A DNA stretch of 64,000 bases from NCBI GenBank assembly GCA_016839275.1, contig JAEOUM010000064.1:6470-70469 (forward strand). The letters are read 5' to 3'. Of the stretch, positions 44,156 to 56,507 are shown piece after piece. The notes below the pieces were generated by a model. That model worked only from the letters and a program-made list of their open reading frames with translations, did not search any database and had not been told where the DNA came from. Numbering within the stretch: the first letter of the stretch is position 1; every line of letters starts with the position of its first letter. The translations under genes and the position numbers were made by a program. The DNA comes from Candidatus Thorarchaeota archaeon. Its GTDB lineage: Archaea > Asgardarchaeota > Thorarchaeia > Thorarchaeales > Thorarchaeaceae.

Positions 44156-45457
44156 TTACCTTGCGGTGACCTTGGTAACGATACCAACAGCTACAGTCAT
44201 ACCCATATCACGGACAGCAAACCTGCCGAGTTGTGGGAACTCCTTGTAGGATTCAATGACCATTGGTTTTAGAGGCACCAGCTTGGCAATCATAGACTCG
44301 CCTTTCTTGACAAAGTCTGGATTCTCTTGGATGACCTGTCCACTGCGCTGGTCAAGTTTCTGCAGAATCTGATCGAATCTGCAGGCGACCTGAGCAGTGT
44401 GCGCATGAATGACTGGAGTGTATCCGACTGTGATAGCACTTGGGTGCTGAATGACCATCACTTGGCCAGTATAATCAGCAGCAACTGTAGGTGGTTTGTC
44501 AGCAGGACCTGCAACATCTCCACGACCAAGGTCTTTTCGCTCAACACCACGAACATTGAAGCCAATGTTATCACCAGGCTCAGCCTTGTCCAGTATCTCA
44601 TGGTGCATCTCAATGGACTTGACCTCACCGGTCTTATTCGGGGGCATGAAGGTAATCTTCATTCCTGTTGTCATTATTCCAGTTTCAACACGACCAACTG
44701 GTACTGTACCAACACCCTTGATTGAGTACACATCGTTGATAGGTACACGTAAGGGTTTGTCAGTGGGCTTTGGTGGGAGCTGAACTTGATCAAGAGCTTC
44801 CAATAGGCATGGCCCATCGTACCATGGTGTGAGTTTAGGAGTTCTTTCCTTCAAGTTAGCAGCATCAAGTGCCGAGGTTGGAATAAATGGAACAGTGTCC
44901 TTCTTGTAACCGATACTAGCCAAGAATCCTCCAACCTCTTCTTTGACCTCTTTGTACCTATCCTCGCTGTACTTTACGCTCTCATCATCCATTTTGTTCA
45001 CACAAACGATGAGACTTGGTACTCCGAGTGTCATTGCAAGGTATGCATGTTCCTTGGTCTGACCGCCAGTTCCAATCCCAGCCTCGAACTCTCCTCTCTT
45101 TGCAGACACAACAAGAAGACCAACATCAGCCTGAGAGGCACCAGTGATCATGTTCTTGATGAAGTCTTTGTGACCTGGAGCGTCGATAATGGTGTAATAG
45201 TATTTGTCAGTAAGGAACTTGAAAAAGGCGATGTCAATTGTAAGGCCTCGTTCTCGCTCTTCCTTGAGTCTATCAAGTGCAAAAGCCCAAGCCCAGGATG
45301 GTCGACCGAGTCGTTCGGCTTCAGCCTTGTGTGCTTGGAATGTTCGCTCATCTACTGCACCGGTCTCGTATAGCAATCTGCCCGTCATAGTGCTTTTACC
45401 GTGGTCTACGTGCCCTATGACGACGAGATTGAGGTGCTCTTTGTCTTTTTTGCTCAA
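44156..45457 (-). CDS. tuf: Elongation factor 1-alpha (aEF-1A)
   Basis: [28 protein letters not shown]. The 433-aa length fits. Confidence 0.95.
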   Translation of the reverse strand: MSKKDKEHLNLVVIGHVDHGKSTMTGRLLYETGAVDERTFQAHKAEAERLGRPSWAWAFALDRLKEERERGLTIDIAFFKFLTDKYYYTIIDAPGHKDFIKNMITGASQADVGLLVVSAKRGEFEAGIGTGGQTKEHAYLAMTLGVPSLIVCVNKMDDESVKYSEDRYKEVKEEVGGFLASIGYKKDTVPFIPTSALDAANLKERTPKLTPWYDGPCLLEALDQVQLPPKPTDKPLRVPINDVYSIKGVGTVPVGRVETGIMTTGMKITFMPPNKTGEVKSIEMHHEILDKAEPGDNIGFNVRGVERKDLGRGDVAGPADKPPTVAADYTGQVMVIQHPSAITVGYTPVIHAHTAQVACRFDQILQKLDQRSGQVIQENPDFVKKGESMIAKLVPLKPMVIESYKEFPQLGRFAVRDMGMTVAVGIVTKVTAR

Positions 45458-45627
45458 TCTTATTCACCACGTTGTTTATGGTCTATCCACTAATTCGGGA
45501 CAGACTTTTGATGCTCCTTCGCGGGATGCTTTTAACGGTTTCGACAGGTTCTCTTAACCATAGGGATAGAGAGCCTTCTACAGATATTACCTAATAGTAG
45601 GTCTTGCTTTTGTATTGCTACTAAGAT

Positions 45628-46128
45628 TCAATAGTCAAACTCGTTCTCTCCTACATGAATCTTAGTTGTTAATACTTCTCCTTTCCAAGGCTTACGTACT
45701 TCTATGAGGTTGAGAACGGTATAACCTCGTTTCTTCAGAAATGATATGCTCACCTTGTTGTTTGGGTGGACCCAGTTGAAGACTGTATCACCTCCAAGTT
45801 CTTGAGCCAGACGTTCAGCCTCGATATACAGAGAGGAGGCTATACCTTGCCTACGATATTCTGGGCGAATAAAGATGGATTCAGCCCAAACTACATCATC
45901 ATCGATTTTGCATACAAGATATCCAGTAATGCCGTCTGGAGATTCGGCGACGAATACAGGAAAGTCCTTCCCGAGATACGATTGCAGTTCATCATCGGCA
46001 GCTTCTAAATCGAGATCCCTCTCTGTGGACTTCAGCTTGGCTAAAAAGACTCTCAGAGATGCAATCATTTTAATGACTTCTTGTCGATCAGACTCTTGAT
46101 AGCGCCGTATCATCAGAGATACCTCCAA
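45628..46128 (-). CDS. GNAT-family N-acetyltransferase
   Basis: Acetyl-CoA motif A: IRPEYRRQGIASSLY. About 165 aa. Confidence 0.8.
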   Translation of the reverse strand: MEVSLMIRRYQESDRQEVIKMIASLRVFLAKLKSTERDLDLEAADDELQSYLGKDFPVFVAESPDGITGYLVCKIDDDVVWAESIFIRPEYRRQGIASSLYIEAERLAQELGGDTVFNWVHPNNKVSISFLKKRGYTVLNLIEVRKPWKGEVLTTKIHVGENEFDY

Positions 46129-46158
46129 TATCTACAGATTTCATTATTTTTGATGAAT

Positions 46159-46695
46159 CTATTGCAGTAATTGCTGTATCCAATCACGGATTTTGTCCCA
46201 GTCACGAAAATCTACCTTTTCAGGTATCTCTTCACCAGACGGCATTTGAGCCTTAATAATCGACTTCACTAGTGTGCGCACTGCAAAGTTGTACTTGCTA
46301 AAATCAAATACTCCACCAATGAGCGCAGTTGAAATAGGGGATAGTCCAGGGTATTTTTCCGATATGTTGTCTAGATAGAGTAGCTGAGCCTCATCGCATT
46401 TCTCAGGATTACCTGCATATCCACATACCACAAATAGCGCCACCTTTTGCTTGGATAGACTTTCAAGATTGTTTTTGATGAATTTCAATGGTTCCTTTGT
46501 CCATTGGCCTGCTTGGATACCACTTCCAATAATTATCAAATCATAATCAAGGAGACTGGTCGGTAGGCGATCCTTCTTCAGAAATACAGTGTCAATTTTC
46601 GCGCCAAGACCCTCAGCGGTCTTGGCCATTTCTTGAACCACTTCAGTCGTAGTTCCATATCTGCTACCATAGCAAAGAAGCACTTTTCTTGTCAT
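46159..46695 (-). CDS. Flavodoxin-domain protein (HemG/flavodoxin_5-like)
   Basis: KVLLCYGSRYGTTTEV FMN-phosphate loop. Start taken at ATG 46695. Confidence 0.7.
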   Translation of the reverse strand: MTRKVLLCYGSRYGTTTEVVQEMAKTAEGLGAKIDTVFLKKDRLPTSLLDYDLIIIGSGIQAGQWTKEPLKFIKNNLESLSKQKVALFVVCGYAGNPEKCDEAQLLYLDNISEKYPGLSPISTALIGGVFDFSKYNFAVRTLVKSIIKAQMPSGEEIPEKVDFRDWDKIRDWIQQLLQ

Positions 46696-46858
46696 TATAA
46701 TCAAAAATTGCGAGAGTCCTCGATTACAAGAAGTTATCGGCAAATCATCTAGGTTACTAAGCTTGGCGTTTCGTACAACATAATCACTAAGGGATTGAAG
46801 AGTTGATAAATCTATTAACCATAGAGCCGGACGGTCCGGTGTAGACCGAGATATTGTA

Positions 46859-47515
46859 TTATCTTGCTGATCGAGCTACACGCTCACGTTCTTCTTTCCT
46901 AGAAACTGCAAAACTTCCAGGGTCGTTCTTGTAAGCAAGTAGCAATTCATCCACTAAGCACTCTTCGAAAGACTTGGCATTCTTATGTGAAGAACGCACT
47001 GCACTTACACAGAGGTATCTCAATGCAAGGTCAATTCTCCGTTGTGGGGCAACATCCACAGACCGCGGGTAAGCCATACCACCATAAGATATTCTTGTTG
47101 TTTCCTCAGCAGGGGCTGCGTTCTCGATAGCTGTGACAAGGACTTGGACTGGATTGAGGCCGGTTCTATAATCAATCATTTCAAAGACTCTACGGAGCTT
47201 GTTGAGCGCCTTCAATTTCTTGCCTGCATTCCTTCCAGTTCGTGTCTTCTTTTCCTTCCGTTTTCCAGCATTCAGCAATTTGTTAGCAAAACGTTCTACA
47301 ATAGGTACATTGGACTTGTGGAATCTCTTATGCGCATGCCGACCTGAAGTATGAGGAATAAGGCTGGGTTTTAGGGAGATATATCTAACAAGGCCAACAT
47401 CATTGACTTGAACCTCAGTAGTATCCCACTTACCAAATAGTAGAAGACTGGGCGGTGAGTGAGGTCGACCCTCAGTAATTGTTGGTTCAGATGATTCTTC
47501 TGACATAATGACCAC
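46859..47515 (-). CDS. rps7: Ribosomal protein uS7
   Basis: LLFGKWDTTEVQVNDVGLVRYISL... and ...SAVRSSHKNAKSFEECLVDELLLA. It follows S12 as in the str operon. Confidence 0.95.
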   Translation of the reverse strand: MVIMSEESSEPTITEGRPHSPPSLLLFGKWDTTEVQVNDVGLVRYISLKPSLIPHTSGRHAHKRFHKSNVPIVERFANKLLNAGKRKEKKTRTGRNAGKKLKALNKLRRVFEMIDYRTGLNPVQVLVTAIENAAPAEETTRISYGGMAYPRSVDVAPQRRIDLALRYLCVSAVRSSHKNAKSFEECLVDELLLAYKNDPGSFAVSRKEERERVARSAR

Positions 47516-47995
47516 CTAACGAATCGGTTTCTCCTTTCTACCATAGATTAGAGAGTCTAGTGAAACACCGTTTACTTTGGTCACTCTCCATCTGACTCCG
47601 GGGAGATCACCTTTTGCTCCACCCATTGCACCACCAATTCCTTCCACAACAACAGTATCGTGTTCATCAATGTACTTCAGACCACCGTCCCCAGGAATGA
47701 ATGCTGTGACCTGTTTTCCATTTCTTGATAGCTGAATTCTGACTGCCTTACGAATAGCTGAGTTGGGCTGTTTTGATTCGATTCCGACTTTCTCAAGGAC
47801 AATTCCACGAGCTTGTGGAGCACCCTCTAGTGGGTCGGTCTTCCTCTTCAGCTTCAAGACTTTGCTTTTGTATGCTGACTTCTTCCAGCGGAATTTTTTC
47901 CTCTTTCTTAAAAGAGGTCGCGCTGCGAACTCGCCAACTGGGGACTTTGAACCGGTCAAATTATTAAACCTCTTAGTGACCGAGGCACCCTCCAT
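47516..47995 (-). CDS. rps12: Ribosomal protein uS12
   Basis: [36 protein letters not shown]. Confidence 0.95.
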   Translation of the reverse strand: MEGASVTKRFNNLTGSKSPVGEFAARPLLRKRKKFRWKKSAYKSKVLKLKRKTDPLEGAPQARGIVLEKVGIESKQPNSAIRKAVRIQLSRNGKQVTAFIPGDGGLKYIDEHDTVVVEGIGGAMGGAKGDLPGVRWRVTKVNGVSLDSLIYGRKEKPIR

Positions 47996-48088
47996 GGTGC
48001 ACTCTCCTTGGTGGTCACGGGTTCGGGCTAGTATTTCCTTAAAAGCCTTATCAAATGCATCTGAATAAAATCAGTAGAGAGCATCTCT

Positions 48089-48523
48089 CTAAGCAATTAC
48101 GACATTGTTCAAATCAAAATGTCGCTTGACCAAGATGCGAGCACGAGCTACATTCCTTCCGTCACGACCAATGGCAATACCACGGTCATCACTCTTCACA
48201 GTGACAGAAGCAACTTTGGTACCATCTCTATGCTCAATGATTTTCACCGCCTCAACTCGGGCGGGAGCAAGAGCGCTTTTCACGAAGTCTTCTGCAGTGT
48301 CGGCCATTTCTACAATATCAACAGCTCTTCCAAAAACATCAGAGGCTGCTTTGACATTCGTGCCGCCCTTCCCTATAGCCTTTCCAAGCTGTTTTGCTCT
48401 GACAACTACGATGATTCGCTCTCCGTCATCATCCCTAACAATATCAACTGCAGAAACTCCTGTAATCTGTTCAAAACGAGCGATTAAGCCCATATCGTCC
48501 ATTGAGAGCTTTACACGGGTCAA
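48089..48523 (-). CDS. nusA: Archaeal NusA-like protein (two KH domains)
   Basis: GKAIGKGGTNVKA and GIAIGRDGRNVARA GxxG KH loops. 144 aa, in the conserved position between L30e and S12. Confidence 0.9.
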   Translation of the reverse strand: MTRVKLSMDDMGLIARFEQITGVSAVDIVRDDDGERIIVVVRAKQLGKAIGKGGTNVKAASDVFGRAVDIVEMADTAEDFVKSALAPARVEAVKIIEHRDGTKVASVTVKSDDRGIAIGRDGRNVARARILVKRHFDLNNVVIA

Positions 48524-48533
48524 AAAAATCGCC

Positions 48534-48827
48534 TCAAACCATCTTTAGAATCTTGGAGTCCCCAGGCTCAATAATTGCAATAGCGGAAACCATGAATGGT
48601 TTTCCAATAACCTCTCCAAGGTCCCATGATGTTCCCTCAAATTTTTGAACCTTGATTTGAGCTAGCTGAGCATATCTTTCTATGTCTTCAAATTCTTCTT
48701 TCGGGCAGTTAGCAGCAACAACTACTAGTTTAGCCTCACCTTTCTTTATTGAGGATATCGAAGAGTTAACACCTATCTTACATTTCCCTGTGCTTACAGC
48801 ACTTGCTATTGGTTGATTCAGGCTCAT
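48534..48827 (-). CDS. rpl30e: Ribosomal protein eL30
   Basis: 97 aa, L7Ae/L30e fold (GKCKIGVNSSISSIKKGEAKLVVVAANCP), in the conserved position after rpoA''. Confidence 0.9.
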   Translation of the reverse strand: MSLNQPIASAVSTGKCKIGVNSSISSIKKGEAKLVVVAANCPKEEFEDIERYAQLAQIKVQKFEGTSWDLGEVIGKPFMVSAIAIIEPGDSKILKMV

Positions 48828-48926
48828 TGTATGGACCTCATAATAATTGTCGTTAGACCCGTATGGATTGCGTCTAATGAATTTCTGTTTTAATGCTTCC
48901 GCAGTGGTCTCTCTCGTGTACCCCTA

Positions 48927-50297
<1,371 letters not shown>

Positions 50298-50307
50298 TTA
50301 GACCTCC

Positions 50308-52965
50308 CTACTTCATCTTTCCTTTTGCAAGGACTTTCTCGATGGCTATGTCGATATTCACTGAGCGTCCATGATCAGATTTACTTGGATCAACACCATC
50401 ATCACCAAAACGGAATTGAACAATTCTTCCAGGCGCTGTTCTCACAGTCCCATCAGTTTCCACCTTGAGATCTTGAAGAGCTGTCATCAGACGTCTCTGC
50501 ATATAACCCGAAGTTGAAGTTCGTACTGCTGTGTCCACAAGACCCTCTCGGCCTCCAGCAGCATGGAACCAGTATTCGATGGGGTCCAACCCACTCTTGT
50601 AACTAGATGTAACAAAACCACGAGCCCGTGCACCAAGGTCACCTCTCTCGAAGTGAGGTAGGGTCCTACCGACATACCCTCTACTGATGCGCTCACCTCG
50701 AACGGCTTGCTGCCCTACGACTGCAGCCATTTGGGACAGGTTAAGTCTTGACCCTCTTGCTCCGGTCTGTGCCATAATAACAGCTGTGTTCTCCAGACCT
50801 AAGTGTTCTCCTGCAACCTCCCCAGCAGAGTCACGAGCCTCAGCCAGTGTTGCCATAATCCTCTGCTCAAGTGTTTCCAGAAGGGTTTGTCCTGGGTTAG
50901 GATCTAGTTCACCTCTCTTGTAGGTCTCGATGAGCTGGTTAACCTTATTGTCAGCCTCGGATAGGATTCTTTCAATCCTCTGTGATGCTGCTCGGGGAAG
51001 TGTGACATCGTTTAAGCCCATGGAAAAGCCTCTATCAGTGATCAGTCTGACAAGAAGTTTTCCAACAGAATCCATGAATATTCTAGCAGCAGTAGATCCC
51101 TTCTCCTTGATGATCCGGTGAAAGAGAGAATCAGGCTCGCCTGCACCAAATGCTTTCTCATCCACAACGCCAAAAATCAGATTTCCATCTCGTATGACGT
51201 CAAAGGCATCAAATTCGCAATCTTCTCGCTTACATACACTACATTTCCTGCAGATGTTAGCCTTGAACGAGATATTGATTCCATCAGGAATGAACATGCT
51301 GAAGATTTGTTTGCCAGTCCATAGCTCAACAGGAGCCTTGATAACTGGCTCAGGAAGTGTCTGTGGCTGATTTGCAGCGGCCAATAACTGATTCACTTGG
51401 TCTTTTGTGTATAGACTGGACTTTCTTGTCAAGAGAAATGCTGCTGAGATATAGTCTTGAAGCGCTCCAATAATAGGTCCACCATATCGTGGGGAGAGAA
51501 TCTGCTCTTGCACACGCATGAGTACCCTTGCCTCAGCGCGGGACTCCTCAGACTGTGGAACATGCAGATTCATTTCGTCACCATCAAAATCTGCGTTATA
51601 GGGAGGACATACATAGAGGGATAGCCTGAAGGTTCGATAGGGCATGACTCTTACTTCATGAGCCATAATTGACATTCTGTGAAGAGAAGGTTGTCGGTTG
51701 AATAGAACAATATCACCATTGGATAGGTGACGTTCTACAATAAAGCCAGGCTCTATTGTATCTGCAATAATGGAGCGGTCTTTTACAAATCGAAGATCCA
51801 CTCTTCGCCCGTCTGTGCGAATTAAGTAGTTGCATCCGGGGTGTCTGTCAGGTCCTCGAATAACGAGTTCCTTCATCTCCTCCATGTTCCACTCTGTAAC
51901 TCGTTCAGGAATTGTCAGTATCTTTGCAATCTGTTCTGGAACACCCACTTCGTTCATGCTGAGGTTTGGATCCGGAGATATAACAGTACGTGCTGAAAAG
52001 TCAACACGCTTGCCAGAGAGGTTAGAACGAAATCTACCTTCCTTCCCCTTTAGTCTCTGGGCAAGGGTTCTGAGCGCTCTACCAGATCTGTGTCTGGCAG
52101 GTGGAATACCGCTCACTCCGTTGTCAAAATAGGTTGTACAATGATACTGTAGAAGCTCCCAGAGGTCCTCAACAATGAGCTGAGGAGCTCCAGCATCTAA
52201 GTTCTCACGAAGTCTTTGATTTATTCTAATGATGTCGATAAGCTTGTGACTGAGGTCATCTTCGCTCCTGACACCGGACTCGAGTGTGATAGATGGTCTT
52301 ACTGTGACCGGCGGAACCGCAAGAACTGTGAGAATCGACCATTCAAGTCTGGCAGCTTCGGGATTAACACCGAGCAGACGATAGTCATCATCAGAGATGT
52401 TCTCGAGTCGTGCTCTGATATCAATAGGAGTGAGCCTCACGGATCCTGCTTCACCCACCTCATAGATTGAGGTTGGCTTTTCCAGCTTTAACTTGAGTTG
52501 GGCTCCTTCACAATGAGGACAGGTCTTGGTCTTTGCAGCTCGTTTAAGAATTTCATTTGAGAGATTAGCAGTCTTTTGACCAATCTCTGGGTATCGTCTG
52601 AAGAGTTTCTGAAAATGTTCAATCTCCTCATCGGTAAGAAGAACTCTATTACATTCTCTACATATGGCCCTTAGGACCTTGTGAATGACCTTTGAATATC
52701 CTTCATGCATTATTGGACGTGCAAGTTCTATGTGACCAAAATGACCTGGACAATTTCCTACTCTATTGCCGCAAGTCTTGCAACGTTGACCAGGATCAAT
52801 CACGCCAAGCTTGGGGTCCATAATACCTGAGTCAATAGGATAACCATCCTCGTCGTAGGTATCGGCTACAACAATCTGCGCAACGGACATCTTCCGGATA
52901 TCTTCAGGGGATAACAGTCCGAACTCTATCGAGTCAATCTTCTTTGTGGTGAGACCTGTGATCAT
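50308..52965 (-). CDS. rpoA1: RNA polymerase subunit A'
   Basis: Zinc motifs (CKTCGNRVGNCPGHFGHIEL), the catalytic NADFDGDEMN, and an 885-aa length. Confidence 0.95.
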   Translation of the reverse strand: MITGLTTKKIDSIEFGLLSPEDIRKMSVAQIVVADTYDEDGYPIDSGIMDPKLGVIDPGQRCKTCGNRVGNCPGHFGHIELARPIMHEGYSKVIHKVLRAICRECNRVLLTDEEIEHFQKLFRRYPEIGQKTANLSNEILKRAAKTKTCPHCEGAQLKLKLEKPTSIYEVGEAGSVRLTPIDIRARLENISDDDYRLLGVNPEAARLEWSILTVLAVPPVTVRPSITLESGVRSEDDLSHKLIDIIRINQRLRENLDAGAPQLIVEDLWELLQYHCTTYFDNGVSGIPPARHRSGRALRTLAQRLKGKEGRFRSNLSGKRVDFSARTVISPDPNLSMNEVGVPEQIAKILTIPERVTEWNMEEMKELVIRGPDRHPGCNYLIRTDGRRVDLRFVKDRSIIADTIEPGFIVERHLSNGDIVLFNRQPSLHRMSIMAHEVRVMPYRTFRLSLYVCPPYNADFDGDEMNLHVPQSEESRAEARVLMRVQEQILSPRYGGPIIGALQDYISAAFLLTRKSSLYTKDQVNQLLAAANQPQTLPEPVIKAPVELWTGKQIFSMFIPDGINISFKANICRKCSVCKREDCEFDAFDVIRDGNLIFGVVDEKAFGAGEPDSLFHRIIKEKGSTAARIFMDSVGKLLVRLITDRGFSMGLNDVTLPRAASQRIERILSEADNKVNQLIETYKRGELDPNPGQTLLETLEQRIMATLAEARDSAGEVAGEHLGLENTAVIMAQTGARGSRLNLSQMAAVVGQQAVRGERISRGYVGRTLPHFERGDLGARARGFVTSSYKSGLDPIEYWFHAAGGREGLVDTAVRTSTSGYMQRRLMTALQDLKVETDGTVRTAPGRIVQFRFGDDGVDPSKSDHGRSVNIDIAIEKVLAKGKMK

Positions 52966-55900
52966 TTAGATCATCTCCTTAAGTCTAAGCCGGGTCGCTA
53001 GACCCAGTGACATCATTTCTTGTATTAGCAGTTTGAAAGCATACGAAACCACAACACTACTAATCTTGGCGCTTGAGCCACAGATTGGGCAATAGTATTG
53101 GTCTTTGTTTCGGTCGTAGACCCCAATCAGCCCACATTCTTCACATACGAGCATGTTACTCTTATCCGACTCATCTAGAAGACGACCCTTTAGAAGGATA
53201 GCAGCACCATGACCAATGAGTACATCACGTTCCATCTCTCCAAACCGCAAACCACCTTCACGAGCTCGACCTTCAGTTGGTTGACGTGTCAGAATCTGAA
53301 CTGGTCCTCTTGCCCTGGCATGAATCTTATCTGCCACCATGTGATGCAACTTTTGGTAAAAGATGACACCCATGAACACATCGACTTTGAGTCGTTCTCC
53401 TGTGATACCGGAGTACATGGTTTCACGGCCATTATGCTTGAGGCCATGTTTGCGGAGCATTTCAAACAGCTCCTCCTCAGTAACGCCACAGAACGGTGTC
53501 GCATCTTGTTGCTTACCAACCATGCAAGATGCCTTTCCTGCGACCATCTCTAAAATCTGACCAATTGTCATTCGGCTTGGGATAGCATGAGGATTGATTA
53601 GCAAGTCTGGCACTACACCATCCTCGGTGAATGGCAGATCCTGCTGCGGTACAATATATCCAATGACTCCTTTTTGTCCATGGCGAGATGCGTACTTGTC
53701 TCCAAGCTCTGGGATTCTGAGATCACGTACTTTCACCTTGACCAGACGGTTGCCATCGATGGTTTCGGTGAGAATTACACTATCCACAACACCAGCTTCT
53801 CCATGACGAACAGCTACTGAGGTTTCACGTCGGTTGGGTGAAGATATCTCAAATTCTGAATATTCTTCGAGGAATCGTGGAGGAGATGTTCTTCCAATGA
53901 GTACATCGCCACCCTGTACTTCAACTTCAGTTTCAATTATCCCGTCTTCGCCAAGATTTCTGTAAGATTCAGATGCTCTGTACCCTCTGACGCTACGGTC
54001 AGGAATCTCAAATCTGTCCTCTTGACCACCGGGGTATTTGCGTTCCTCACTCTCATAGACTCGAGTAAATGTACTTCTTCCCAAACCCCTCTCAATGGAC
54101 GCTTTGTTCATAATGAGGGCATCTTCTATATTGTATCCTTCAAAAGATAGGATTGCAACAACAAAATTCTGTCCTGCTGGTCTTTCCTCATAACCAATTG
54201 AGTCCATGGCACGGGTCTTAACCAGTGGAACCTGAGGATAATGGAAGAAATGAGACCGGGTATCTGCCCGATATCTGAAATTAGCTGCTGGAACGCCAAC
54301 TGACTGTTTTGCCATTCCTGCCATGTAGACATTACGCGGAGACTGGTTTCTCTCAGGGAATGGAATCAGTGCAGCAGAGATGCCAAGAATTGTGGATGGG
54401 ACAATCTCAAGATGAGTTGTATTTGGGCCTATGTCCTCAGGATACATCGCAATGAGAGTGTTCTCTTCCTCCTCGGCATCGATGAATTCTACAATTCCGT
54501 TTCTCATTAGGTCTAGAAAGCCCCATTCTCTGTCTACAACCATCCGTAAATGTTCATCAGTAAGGCGGCTTTTTCCATTCTCAACAACAATAACGGGTCT
54601 TCTGACACGACCAGCATCGCAATTGACCTGAACCTCGTGCGTGTCTTCATAGTAGGCAACATTTGTTTGGTTGTCAATCTCACCCGCACGCCGCTTTTGT
54701 CGGAGCGTCTTAACCAATACTTGTGGGGCTGGATGAATGCCAACAAGACGACCGTTGAGAAAGACATCGGCTCCCTTTCGACCACGTTTGCCATGAAGCT
54801 TCTCTATAGGTTCGACTTCTGCACCTATCATTGCACGCTCGACAACGTCTTCTTCGGTTCCAACCGAGATGTATGCCATCATTGCAATATTCTTGACAAG
54901 ACCACAATTCGGACCTTCAGGGGTTTCATTAGGACATATTTTACCCCAGTGCGTGGAATGTAGGTCTCGAGCCTCGAAGTGTGGTTGCGATCGGGATAAA
55001 GGTGAAACTACTCTTCGCAAATGCGAGAGAGATGAGATGTAGTTTGTACGGTCAAGAAGCTGAGAAACACCAGCTTTCCCACCAACCCAGTTTCCTGTAG
55101 CAAGAGCGTGTTTTAGCCGCTGTGTTATCACATCTGCTCTGACCGCTGTTCGAATGTTTGGTTTTCGACCTCGAACTGCAGTACGTTCAAGCTGATACTT
55201 GATGTCACGGGTAAGCGAATAGAGAGCAACCCTGAATAAGGACATTAATAGGTCACCAGAGAGTTTGAGCCGTTTGTTTGCATAGTGGTCCTTGTCATCT
55301 GGTGATCGGTTTGTTAGAACTAGTTCAAGTAGCCGCTCAACCATCTGGCCAAGGTAGTACGCCTTTTGGAAACGGCTGTCTTCTTCGGTTCCAATATGTG
55401 GGAGTAGATAACGATCAAGCACTTTCTCAGCACGTGCGAGTCTGTATTCCTTAGTCTGACCAACCGCAACACGTTTTCCAATGAAATCAAGTGCATTGAC
55501 ACGTGTAGAGCCCTCTTCTTCTTCGCGGGCTGCGTTGATTGGTGCAGACTGCTCAATGGTAACAATCAACTCATTTCGAATCTCGTCGTCATCAGAGATT
55601 ACATCAACAATCTCGCGGTCAGATTCCAAACCAAGTGATTTCATGAGAATGGCTAGTGGAATCTTTCCAGGAACAGAGGGGAATGAAACTCTCAATTCGC
55701 CTGTGCGCTTTCTTTCAATAGTGACAGGAGCTCTGAAACCACGTGAAGTCGAGAAGACCTTAGCAATATGGGTGAAGCTTGAGCTCTTACTAGCTTCTTC
55801 GATGAGGATTCTGTTTGGCGCCAAATCTTCCTGGGTCACCAGTACACGTTCAGACCCGTTGATTATGAAATAGCCTCCTGGGTCCTTTGGATCTTCGCCT

Positions 55901-56337
55901 AGAGCAATTAATTCATCATCAGACTTGCCGTATAGGTGGCATTGTTCGCTCCTAAGCATGATTGGCATATTGCCAATGTAGATCTTCAGGGTCTCGAGCC
56001 GAGTTGATACAGACCCTTCTTTTCGGACTGGAGTCATGTTAAGGAATAGCTTGCTAGCGTAGGTGAGGTTCCTAATTCTGGCTTCGTTAGGAGTTAGATT
56101 ATGTTCACTCCCATCAGCTTCTCTAATCGTGGGTTTTCCTATCTCGATGTCACCCAATTCTACGACATAACCCTCGATTTTTGGAGTCAGTTTTCCGACA
56201 CTGTCAACTACTTGCTGAAGCTCCTCTCGTATGAACCGATTAAACGAGTCAAGATGTTGGCCTACTAGTCCATAATGGTCGAAGAATGCCTCTATAACAG
56301 GCCAATATTTTTCTCGATTTTTAGTACCCGATGCCAT
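52966..56337 (-). CDS. rpoB: RNA polymerase subunit B (unsplit)
   Basis: 1123 aa. Conserved GDKYASRHGQKGV, REGGLRFGEMERD and a C-terminal zinc ribbon (CEECG...CPICG). Confidence 0.95.
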   Translation of the reverse strand: MASGTKNREKYWPVIEAFFDHYGLVGQHLDSFNRFIREELQQVVDSVGKLTPKIEGYVVELGDIEIGKPTIREADGSEHNLTPNEARIRNLTYASKLFLNMTPVRKEGSVSTRLETLKIYIGNMPIMLRSEQCHLYGKSDDELIALGEDPKDPGGYFIINGSERVLVTQEDLAPNRILIEEASKSSSFTHIAKVFSTSRGFRAPVTIERKRTGELRVSFPSVPGKIPLAILMKSLGLESDREIVDVISDDDEIRNELIVTIEQSAPINAAREEEEGSTRVNALDFIGKRVAVGQTKEYRLARAEKVLDRYLLPHIGTEEDSRFQKAYYLGQMVERLLELVLTNRSPDDKDHYANKRLKLSGDLLMSLFRVALYSLTRDIKYQLERTAVRGRKPNIRTAVRADVITQRLKHALATGNWVGGKAGVSQLLDRTNYISSLSHLRRVVSPLSRSQPHFEARDLHSTHWGKICPNETPEGPNCGLVKNIAMMAYISVGTEEDVVERAMIGAEVEPIEKLHGKRGRKGADVFLNGRLVGIHPAPQVLVKTLRQKRRAGEIDNQTNVAYYEDTHEVQVNCDAGRVRRPVIVVENGKSRLTDEHLRMVVDREWGFLDLMRNGIVEFIDAEEEENTLIAMYPEDIGPNTTHLEIVPSTILGISAALIPFPERNQSPRNVYMAGMAKQSVGVPAANFRYRADTRSHFFHYPQVPLVKTRAMDSIGYEERPAGQNFVVAILSFEGYNIEDALIMNKASIERGLGRSTFTRVYESEERKYPGGQEDRFEIPDRSVRGYRASESYRNLGEDGIIETEVEVQGGDVLIGRTSPPRFLEEYSEFEISSPNRRETSVAVRHGEAGVVDSVILTETIDGNRLVKVKVRDLRIPELGDKYASRHGQKGVIGYIVPQQDLPFTEDGVVPDLLINPHAIPSRMTIGQILEMVAGKASCMVGKQQDATPFCGVTEEELFEMLRKHGLKHNGRETMYSGITGERLKVDVFMGVIFYQKLHHMVADKIHARARGPVQILTRQPTEGRAREGGLRFGEMERDVLIGHGAAILLKGRLLDESDKSNMLVCEECGLIGVYDRNKDQYYCPICGSSAKISSVVVSYAFKLLIQEMMSLGLATRLRLKEMI

Positions 56338-56507
56338 ATAGTAATCACACCGTAATCGTGAAGGACGGGGGAACTATCGCAAACATCTACGCTTCCCAAC
56401 GCATGGAACCCAGAAATCCGAGCTCACACATCTGCCGCAATAGCCGCCCCGTTTGTTGTTTTACTCTGACAAACTCTGCTCTTGGTCTCCACCCATACTG
56501 AGGCCGA

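Noticed and set aside
48105-48548. 147-aa and 122-aa + strand ORFs
   Set aside because: They are antisense shadows of the NusA gene, with Ser/Thr/Ala-rich low-complexity products. The many other short antisense ORFs inside rpoB, rpoA', rpoA'', tuf and polD were rejected for the same reason.
56338-56507. Search for rpoH upstream of rpoB
   Set aside because: No ORF longer than about 15 codons occurs in any frame, so rpoH is not encoded here.
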